A DNA stretch of 64,000 bases from Octopus sinensis (lineage: Eukaryota): NCBI RefSeq assembly GCF_006345805.1, contig NC_043002.1, positions 90,148,001-90,212,000 on the forward strand, given 5' to 3'. Numbering within the stretch: position 1 is the stretch's first letter; every line of letters starts with the position of its first letter. The position numbers were made by a program, and so were the translations under genes. Below, one piece after another: positions 38,088-48,416 of the stretch. The notes below the pieces were generated by a model. It ran no database searches and was not told where the DNA came from. It saw only the letters and a program-made list of their open reading frames with translations.

Positions 38088-39300
38088 CTGTGTGTGTGTG
38101 TGCCTGTGTGTGTCCTCGTTTGTATCCCACCACCGCTTGACAGCTGGTGCTGGTGTGTTTACATCCTCATAACTTACCACTCAACAAAAGAGTCCAATAG
38201 AATAAGTACCAGGAATTAACAAAAAAAAAAAAAGAAATATATATATATATATATAAGTACAGGGGTTGATACATTCGATTAAAAATTCTTAAAAGTGGTG
38301 CCCCAGCATAGCCACAATCTGAGGACTGAAACAGGTAAAATAAATAAAACAAAAGAAAGACTACTGTGATTGATGACTTTGCACTGAACCCACAAATGGT
38401 GTATTGGATCAAGGGCAATCTTCTTTTGTCTTAAATGAAAACTGTAAGGTTGTAAAAGCACCTCGTCAGAATAATCTACAGTCGTTTTAAAGAGGAATCT
38501 GGAATGTGAAAAAATAAGACAGCTGTAAGGTACTGTGGCTAGATGAGTCACATTCCATCACTGAGGATAATGTAGAACTATGTAAATGTCTGTCCTGAAA
38601 CTTATAATATCAACAGTAAAATTTTCTAGATGGTTGCTGCAAAACTATCAAATGAGAGAGATATGATAGTCAGTTATTAGTATATAAAGATCATATTCTA
38701 CAATTATAGCTCTTGGTAATCTGTTGTAAATAGCAATAAATGCTGAAATTTGTTTCTTTATTGCCCACAAGGGGCTAAATACAGAGGGAGCAAACAAAGG
38801 GATTAAGTCGATTGCATAACTGGTACTTATTTTATCGACCCTGAAAGGATGAAAGGTAAAGTCGACCTCGACAAAATTTGAACTCAGGACGTAAGAACAG
38901 ATGAAATACCGCTAAGCATTTCACTCGGCGTGCTAATGTTTCTGCCAAAATGCTGAAATTGATGTGTCAAACTTATTGGCAGTTGCATGTAAACACAAAT
39001 AGTTAAGATCCAGGAGATACATATGGCCTAAAAATACAGGCCCATAGTGTACTTGAACGTGATATATATGAATTATACATAAGTTGCTTGAAAGCATTTC
39101 CCCAAGATCACAGTGAAACGCATGAGATAATTGAAGAGCAGGCAGGAGGGAAGAACGTGGGCTAGAGTTGTTGAACAGTTCCTTCTTGACAAAGTTGTCC
39201 TTAAGGAAACAAGGCAACACTGCCAAATCTTCTGACTCTATGGCTTGATTACATGAAGCTGTTTGACTCTGTTCCTTACTCATGGAAAATAGAATTACTA
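36250..39300 (+). mobile_element. Fragmented R4/Dong-like LINE (N-terminal region through RT), interrupted by SINEs
   Basis: IDYMQRMK..HFSDFSAK near 36280-36380; VKAPRQNNLQSF*RGIWNV at ~38453; PKN-RPI-CLNVIY pattern at ~39027; IIEEQAGGK and LWLDYMKLFDSVPYSW (WxDYxKAFDSVPHSW) at 39128-39285. Joining these into one element is inference. Confidence 0.75.
36811..37193 (+). mobile_element. tRNA-derived SINE with 9-bp TSD, inserted in the LINE relic
   Basis: GAGGTGCAATGGCCCAGTGG head; TSD ACAGATGTG at 36802-36810 and 37194-37202. Confidence 0.9.
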
Positions 39301-40127
39301 TGCTTTGCATGCATACTTACATGCATGCATACAAAACCAAATGTGAAAGCCAACTTCAATGTCTTTGAAATAATAAATAATATATTTGTATTAGCATTTT
39401 GTTAACAAATTTTATTTTAAATTTGATGATATAGAGCTTCAATTTATCACCTGAACTTAGAAGTTATTATGTAGTTATATCACATACAAAATTGGATAGT
39501 AAGTTTCTATCTTCATGTCTTCTTAGGATGACAAATTGACACATTTCTATCAAATTTTACCTCTAAACTTGATTGCTGTTTGAGATTCTACCCCACCCCC
39601 GCCCCATGACCGCATATATTTGAGATTAACTACTATCACCTCTTGTAAAGGTTTGATATTTCTTATGCATGATATCCATTAAAATTTCGGTATTTCTTAT
39701 ATGGGATATTTATAAAAATATTCACACTGTTTCTGAAGATAAAATTCTATATACTCTTTGATCTTCCCTTCTTAAATAGTTTTCTGAAAGCAGAATGATC
39801 CTATAAACACACATCGAGCTTATCAGTTAGTGCTGACCTCAATCACTTCCACTGAATGTCTTTACTTACATATTCAAACACAAACTGTCTCTGATCAACA
39901 CTGATAAAGAAAAAAAATCTACAAATAATATATTGATTTCTGTCAGTGTAAAATGTTTTAGTACCTACCAGCTAATACTGTATGCCTGCCTTTATGGCAC
40001 CAATCTTTCTAATCTAGTGTTTCATCTGAAGTTGAGATGAAGCTCACGTGCTCTTTTTTTGCATGCCACCTATTTTTCTGTAGATCACACTATGTGTGTG
40101 TGTGTGAATGAGTATGTGTGTGTGTGT

Positions 40128-40200
<73 letters not shown>

Positions 40201-40204
<4 letters not shown>

Positions 40205-40355
40205 CTCTCCTTGTTTTTTCTGTGTCCCTTTCTGTAGAAGAGCATAGGCTCGAAGCATAAAAGACTTTTTCTATTCCTGAGCGCTATACTAATACACCTG
40301 TTTGTTTTGTACACCACCTGTCTTCGTCTTTTGTTTTTTTCGTAAACTCTCCCTA
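40201..40355 (+). mobile_element. (TA)n-flanked element carrying a hammerhead-like fold (copy 2)
   Basis: Homologous to 17340-17518; CTTT-CTGTAGA-A-GAGC(ATAG)GCTC-GAAGCATA-AAAG. Confidence 0.7.
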
Positions 40356-41975
40356 TATATATATATATATATATATATCATTAACACTTAATGCCTGTTT
40401 TCCATGTTGGCATGGGTTGGATGGCTTGACAGGAACTGGCAAGACCAGAGGCTGCACCAGGTTCCATAGTTTGTTTTGGCATAGTTTCTATAGCTGGATG
40501 CCTTTTATGTGGCACCAGCATCAAACATATATATGTATATATATAAAATTCTTCTCTATCATTTCACCAATTCCACCAATACCAGTTATCGAACCGTTCC
40601 AGTTTTATTTTATTGGTTCTTGGTAGAGTTAAAGTTAATTTACCTTTGGCATTAAGTGACCTCTTAAATTGTCCTCGACATTAAGTGAACTCTTACATTG
40701 TCCTTGACGTAAAGTAAACTCTTAACAGTAAAGATCTCCTTACAACTATAAACCAGTTGACATTTGTATTGTTTTACATATTGAAAGTTTTAGATGAATC
40801 ATTTCATATATTTTCACTAATTGCTAATTTATATCTTTTTTCTTTCTTTTTTTTTCTACATTACAGGTGAGTACTCACATTTAGTGTAGTAGGTGTGCAG
40901 TTACAGGTAAAGTGTCAATTTATAAATAACTAACTACACTCATCATCATCATCATTATCATCATCGTTGTTGTTGTTGTTGTCCTTATCATTGCCATCAT
41001 TGGCAACAACTGCAACATCATTTATAGCTTGATTTATTTTGAGTTCTTCAATTAAAAATGAATTATTCCATATTGTCTTGGAGTTCTTCTATGATATAAC
41101 AGACTTAGCTGTGTGGTAAGAAGCTTGCTTCCCAACCACATGGTTCTGGGTTCAGTCCCACTGTGTAACACCTTGGGCAAGTGTCTTTTACTATAGCCTT
41201 GGGCTGACCAAAGCCTTGTGGGTGGATTTGGTAGGTAGAAAATAAAAGAAGCCTATTTATCTATCTATCTATGTGTGTGTATCTTTGGATCTTTGTATGT
41301 CTCCTACCACTGCTTGACAACTTGTGTTGGTTTGTTTACGTCCTTGTAACTTAACAGTTCAACAAAGAGAGACTGATAGAGTAAGTGTCAGGCTTTAAAA
41401 AAATGTAATTACTGGGGTTGATTCATTTGACTAAAAGATCTTCAAAGCAATGCCACAACATGGCTGCAGTCTAATGACTGAAACAGATAAAAGATAACAT
41501 ACAATTCTTGCTAGTGAGAACAAACTTCTAAAATGGAATATTTCGGTCCAATAATAGAAAGTCTTTTGTGTTAACAGAAGATGAGGGTTTGTATCCTACA
41601 AGCTGCTAAATTGCACACATCATCGTACACATAATAGTGAAAATCAAAATAATGATGTAAACAACACATTTGTTACAGATAGAAACAATTGTCCCCATCT
41701 GGCTCCAGAGTTCTGAGGAGGGACAACCATATTGAAATACAGGTGTCAGAGTTTGCTGATGTAACTGGAGCAAATGTGTTGTTTACACACATCATTTAAA
41801 AGGAGAAATCATTCTCTAATGATAATCTAACACTGAAAAGCTTTGTTCATGTTCACATCTGCTAGAATGTTTTAAGAATGAATATACATGAAGGCGTATA
41901 CACCTTATAGAAATTAATGGATGAGATGAAAAACATTAATGTAATCAAGTATTTATATTATTTTAGTTTTTCTAA

Positions 41976-42053
41976 CAAGCATTGCAAGAAATTATGGACA
42001 TGTTTCAGTATTATTCTTACCTCATCAGCAAAACACAGTTTGCAATACACTTG
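41976..42053 (-). ncRNA. Type I hammerhead ribozyme motif with intact catalytic core
   Basis: Minus strand: GTATTGCAA-ACTGT-GTTTTG-CTGATGA-GGTA(AGAATAA)TACT-GAAA-C-AT-GTC|CATAAT-TTC-TTGCAATGC. All core nucleotides present; palindromic ACATGT helix III; predicted cleavage after C at 41997. Confidence 0.8.
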
Positions 42054-42559
42054 CTGAGTTAGTGAAGAAGGAATCAGTAAGTAAATACAGGTGCATGCAT
42101 GACTGGGATTAGAAGCTTTTTTCCCAAATATTTGATCTTGGGTTTAATCCCACTGCAGGGTAACTTAGGCAAGTGTTTTCTACTATAGCCCAAAAGTGAC
42201 CATAGCCTTGTGATTAGATTTGTTAGAAGGAAACCAAAAAAAGCCTGTTGTGTGTGTGTGTGCGCGTGTGTATATATATATTTGCATGCTTCCTACAGCA
42301 TTATGAGTATTTTAACTCTTATTTCTAGCAATGTAGGTGTCTTGGCAGCCTTAGTCACATTTAGTGAAGGTTGAATTTTTCCTTTATGGTATTGCATTGC
42401 ACTTAACTGTTTATATGTGTGTGTGTCTATATATTGGTGTATTTATGTCCCATAACTTCACAGTTTAGCAAAAGACACCGATAGAATTCTTTTATTCTTT
42501 TATTCTGTTACTGGGGCCATGCTGCAGCACTGCCTTTTAAAAAAGATAAATGATACTAC

Positions 42560-42668
42560 TGCCTGTGAACTTGAACTCACAACCTCTGCTTATTTTCTGA
42601 CTTATGAATTAACACTAGGAAGATACTGTCTATTAGTATGATGCGCTAACTGATTGGGCCACCAGGGC
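42560..42668 (-). pseudogene. Intron-containing tRNA-Ile pseudogene (pre-tRNA-Ile(UAU)-like)
   Basis: Minus: GCCCTGG TG GCCCAATCAGTTAGCGC A TCATA CTAATA [~37-nt insert starting GACAGT] ...GCAG AGGTT GTGAG TTCAAGT TCAC. Aligns to the metazoan tRNA-Ile(UAU) GCTCCAGTGGCGCAATCGGTTAGCGCGCGGTACTTATA-intron-ATGCCGAGGTTGTGAGTTCGA; stems are decayed. Confidence 0.8.
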
Positions 42669-43711
42669 AGACTATGTACCAGGTTTCAAAATAAGAAATA
42701 ACTAAATACTAGGGCTGATTCATTTGATTGAAAAATTCTTCAAGACAATTCCCCACCATGGCCACAGTCTAATGATTGAAACAAGTAAAAGATAAAAGAT
42801 AAAAAAAAAGAAAAAAAATCCACTGTGAAGTTAGTGTTGCAGTTGCGGTTAGTGTTATGTATTCGGTATAAGGAATTGTAATTATCTTAACCAGAAATTA
42901 ACATGTGTAAAAATATTTGTTTTGACAACACTAGCCAATGTTTGTAATTTGAAGCTCATTGCAGTCCCTGATAGCAAGCAAAGCAAGAAGGATAAGAAAG
43001 TGGTGGTGGTGGTGGTGGTGGTGGAAAGTAGGTGTGGAATATTAAACAGCAAAAGCAACAACAACAACAACAACAACAACAATGACAACATGAATGGTGT
43101 ATAGAAGGTAGAAAACTAAAGTAAACCATTGTCTTGAAATAATCTTTTCTGTCATTTACCAATATGAAATGGGGGGAAAACTATTGGAGGGTAAAACGTT
43201 AGGAATATTTATGGAACATAATTGTAATAATAGAATATTCTTGTAACAATAGAATATTGCAAAAAATAGTAGATCGCTCGTCATCATCATCATCATCATT
43301 GTTGTCATCAATATCAACACATAATTTGAAGTTACAGGTTCAATGGTAAAGCATCTGTTTATGGTAAGTAAGAGTAGTAGAAAATTACTGGAATACAATA
43401 TTGTTGGATATGAAACACCATTATCGGAATACCAGAACATTTTCAGAGATTCCAAGGGAACTGGGCAAGATTTACCAGCCAGCTGAAGACACTATTATAA
43501 GCACATTCTTTTCTTTTTATTCTTGCTTTTACTAGTTTCACTTACTGGTTAGTTTGTGGTCATGCTGGAGCACTGCCTTTTTTTGTTTTAATTGATTGAA
43601 TCAAAGCCTGGTATTTATCTAAGTCTGTAACTTATTCCACCATACTCCCTTTTTGCTGAATTGGTAAGCAGCAGAGATATAAACAAACACACACAGACAT
43701 ACACCTATGTA

Positions 43712-43740
<29 letters not shown>

Positions 43741-43742
<2 letters not shown>

Positions 43743-44026
43743 CAATGATTAAGGGTAAAATCAATTAATTATTAATTAATTTCACCAAGTAAGTGTTCAG
43801 TATGTAAAAGGACCATTCAAGGTGTATTCAAAATATTACGTTATTGAGCCCTAATTATTTTACTGAGCCCTAATTATATAATATATATATATATCAATGA
43901 TTAAGGGTAAAATCAATTAATTATTAATTAATTTCACCAAGTAAGTGTTCAGTATGTAAAAGGACCATTCAAGGTGTATTCAAAATATTACGTTATTGAG
44001 CCCTAATTATTTTACTGAGCCCTAAT

Positions 44027-44032
<6 letters not shown>
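43741..44032. repeat. Tandem duplication, period 152 bp, separated by (TA)n
   Basis: ATCAATGATTAAGGG...GAGCCCTAATTATA at 43741 and 43893; no differences seen by eye. Confidence 0.95.
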
Positions 44033-44058
<26 letters not shown>

Positions 44059-45508
44059 ATAATAAATATTAGGGAATAAATCCAAACTTACAGGGAAAAA
44101 TCAGATTTAGGATTGAATCCAATTTTATAGTAAAATATTATATTATATTAAATTAGAGACAAAACCACTATTATGCAAATCAAACAACTCTACTACTCAA
44201 AGATGTGATGAAAAGAAGACATGAAACGATCGTAGTGGATATTAATAATTGTTAAATTTATAAATAATATAAATTAATTTATGTATTGGATTAAGTCTTT
44301 CTTTGTTTGATTTCATAATAGTGGTTTTGTCTCTAATTTAATATAATTTATATATATATATATATATTTATACATATTGAAATCAAATTCGATGACAGGC
44401 ATCCGTGCTAGTGGAGCGCTAAGAGCACCATCCGAGTGTGATCATTGCCAGAGCAGCTAACTGCCAGAGCAGCTAACAGTGGAACATAAAAAGCACCATT
44501 TGAGTGTGATCGTTACCAGCATCGCCTTACTGGCACATGAAAAAACATTTGAACAAGGTTGTTGCCAGTGCCGTTGGACTGGCTCCTGTGCAGGAGGCAT
44601 GTAAAAAAAACACCATTTAAGCATGGCCATTGCTAGTACAGCCTGATTGGCCCTTGTTCCGGTGGCACGTAAAAGCACCCACTACACTCTCAGAGTCGTT
44701 GGCATTAGGAAGGGCATCCAGCTGTAGAAACTCTGCCAGATCAAGACTGGAGCCTGTTGCAGTCATCTGGTTCACCAGTCCTCAGTCAAATCGTCCAACC
44801 CATGCTAGCATGGAAAGCGGATGTTAAATGATGATGATGATGATATATATATATATGTTATGTGAGTGTGCGTGTGTGTATGTATATATATATGTTATAT
44901 AAGTGTGTGTGTGTGTGTGTGCATATATATATATATATATAAATGCATACACACACACACGCACACACATATATATATATATATATATACTAGGTGAATA
45001 GCCTATCGTTGCCAGGCAATTTTTACAATAGAATGTCTTCCCTGACAGATAGGCCTCTAAATCAGGACAGATTTGTGAAGTTTTAACCAAAAAACTTCAT
45101 TGAGGATTTATTTCCTTTTTAAATTACTTACATGTCCATTCGACCATTTCACATGACTTTATTTATTAAGACTTCAGAAGTTCTTACAACTTTGGTTGTC
45201 ATAATGCTTTGCATTTGTTTGTTTAATAAAAATTCCTCCTGCTGATTTTGCTTTCATTACATGATAGACAACTTTCATGCAGAAAATGCCAGATTCCAAA
45301 TCTTGTTTTCTGATTAAGTAAAATTGATTAAACTTTAAACCTTAGTAATATTTTTCTGGAACAAATAAATAACAAAATTGAATTTAACATGGAAAATTAT
45401 TTCAATATACCAAATTTGAAAATTTTGATGTAATTTTAAAATCTCATAATATGTGATAGCAACAGGGAAAACCCTACAAAAGTAGAGAGACAGACAGTTA
45501 TAGAATGT

Positions 45509-45581
<73 letters not shown>

Positions 45582-45753
45582 ACACACATTTAGAAATGTA
45601 CACAAATGTAATCACGAGTTTAAAATGGTGTATAGTAGACATATGTATGTATGTACGTATGCTTGTATGTATATATAGGAGTGTGTGTGTTTATCTGTGT
45701 GTGAGTGTTTCTTTGCAATGGACAGCAGAAAAGCTACATATTCCTCACACCCC

Positions 45754-45793
<40 letters not shown>

Positions 45794-46184
45794 CTATGTA
45801 TTTATGAAAGAATGTATGCAGTGTCATGTGTATATGACAGCTGTAGTAACATTATCATCCCATTCTCACCGCAGCTCTCGCTTTCAGTGATATAAGTCAC
45901 CCTCTTTCTGTTCTACCTTTCCCTCAGACTAATACTTCTTGCAACCTTCTCATTTTATCATATAATTCACCCAATGCCCCTGGGCGGCATATAATAAATT
46001 TTTATTAAAATCCAATTAACCTATTATTGAACTGGATATTAATGTAACATGTATGCAAAGTTTTGTGAATAGTGGTTTGCTGGTTTAGGCCCTAAGATGG
46101 TAACAGGCAGAAAGACAGATAGAAATTGCCATTTATATATATATATATATATATAATATATATATATATATTAATAGTTAACAC

Positions 46185-46383
46185 CAAGCTAACATGGCAG
46201 TCCAGATAAATAGGATGAATGCTGCCGTTGATTAGCTCCAAGAGGCCATCGCCTCTAGCTAGCTATGTGACACACAAACCTGTGTCCATTATAACTTTCG
46301 AACAGGGGAGGTCAGCAGCTTTCCCTTGCTGGTCTGGCATCCACAGACTAGTTTCAAGGTGTTTGCCTCTTATGAATGTGGAG
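46185..46383 (-). mobile_element. ~200-bp (TA)n-flanked element with a decayed hammerhead fold
   Basis: GC-richer block between (TA)n runs; minus strand TCCACA-TTCATAA-GAGG(CAAACA)CCTT-GAAA-C-TA-GTC-TGTGGA. Confidence 0.7.
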
Positions 46384-46454
<71 letters not shown>

Positions 46455-46526
46455 TTATATATATATACATACACTCACATAAATATATACATATATATAT
46501 GTGTGTGAATATATATCAATTATTTA

Positions 46527-46593
<67 letters not shown>

Positions 46594-48379
46594 TACATAC
46601 ATACATACATGCACACAAACATATATACATGCATGTACATGTGTGTGAGTATAGAAAGAAATAGATTGCTAGATAATATGCATAGTCTTGGTTACTTTTG
46701 AGAATCCTGCTGTTAAGTGTTAGGATGGTTGGTTTTGATAGGACTCCATGGAAGAGGTGCTTTAGTTCTCTGCATGACCATCTCTGTAATAGTGGCTGGA
46801 GAAAATGGATTGATACGTATGTATGTATGTATGTATGTATGTATGTAGTCTGGTGGGTCAAGATACAGGTTTCCAGTAGCAGAGGGCATACTGAACATTC
46901 TGGTCAGGGTTAAATATTCTGTGGAGGCTCAAAAAATGTTTTGCTGGTGGTACTCCAGCATAGCCACAGCCTTAGAGCTAATACTTATAAAAGAATATAT
47001 GTATGTGAGTGTGTGTGTGTGTGCCTGTGTGTGTGTGTGTGTGCATGTGTGTATGTGTGTGTTTGCATACAGGAAGCTTTTTTGATAGTTTCCTTCAGCC
47101 AAATTCACTGACATGGCATTGGTCAACTCAGTCCTATAGTAGAAGACACTGGTCTAAGTTGCACTGGACCCAAAGAAACATGGTTGCACAGTCATGTATG
47201 CGCTGTCTCTTTGCCCGATTAAGCAAGAATACCTGTTGATTACTTATGTAACCTTGGATTGAAATATAACCTTCTGTTGAAGTATGGCTGTGGATTGAAA
47301 GTATGGTTTGGTTTTGAAATCCCAATCTCTGATGAGGGAGCTTCAATGTGATCATGTAAAGTGTGGTAATTAGTTGAGAATGTATATTACTGTCGTTGTT
47401 TACGCCCTGATCAAGTAGACCTATAAAGAGGTGCTGGAAATTTTCTGGCTTCCGGTAAAAGAAAATACAGGAGTATCAGTTGATTATGAATTTATTCAAC
47501 ACATTCCCCTCTCATTGCAGCAGAACTTCAGTTTTTCTAACCTATGTGAAAGAATACGGAAAGGTGAGCCTCCAACCAGGCCTTTCAGAACATCCTTAAA
47601 TCCCCCTTATACAATCAAAGACATCCGAGCCATGACCATTTCAACATTGCTCAATCAGTATATCTAGGAACGCATAACCAAATATGTTATTCCTGGTTTA
47701 AGACGGTAGAATTTAACTTGAAGGAGATTCGGCTGCTATTTCTAGCAAATCGAAAGACTCTATAAAGATACCTGTACCTTTGTTGGCTCCTCCTGTGTAA
47801 TTGAGCACAACAGTGTTACCATGAGTAAACTAATGGAAGCATATATGTACATATATATAAGTAACTTTTACTGTAAAAATAATGGAACAAAATAGATTTC
47901 TTCAGACATATCAGCTTCCTCATCTGCCAAACATCAGATTTTCTCTTGCATGAAATATATTAACTCTGCAAACATTTCCCAGATTACAGATCCTGTATTT
48001 ATTTATTTTATTTTACCGTATATTTTTTCTACTGTTATGTTAGATATAGTTGTTGTTGTTACTATTGTTGATGTTGCCGGAGATAGATGCAGTTATTGCA
48101 CTTGTTAGTCTGTTTTGTTTTTTTTTTGATGTTTTTTTTTTTAAGGTTGCATGTATAAATTTAGTTTCACTTCCTCCTCCTCCTCCTCCTCCTCCTCACT
48201 CCATCTCTTGTTCCATGGCCACATGCCTTCCTCCTGAATGCATCAGAAATATTCCAGATAATTCTATCATCATTTCAAAGGAACTTAAAAGACCAAAATT
48301 ATTGCATTTACTTTGATCGCCAGACTTATGCTAGACAGCACAACACAAGTGAGAAATACAATGTAATATATATTGTGTG

Positions 48380-48416
<37 letters not shown>

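Noticed and set aside
38933-39310. 125-aa minus-strand ORF that looks protein-like
   Set aside because: It is the antisense of the plus-strand LINE reverse transcriptase relic (EQAGGK, WLDYMKLFDSVPYSW).
42021-42053. 33-nt minus-strand exon candidate (QVYCKLCFADE, LIM-like)
   Set aside because: The GAG|GTAAGA donor is the hammerhead core and helix II; the ribozyme fold explains the sequence better. Not formally excluded.
47329-47352. CTGATGAGGGAGCTTC motif
   Set aside because: No GAAA and no cleavage triplet follow.
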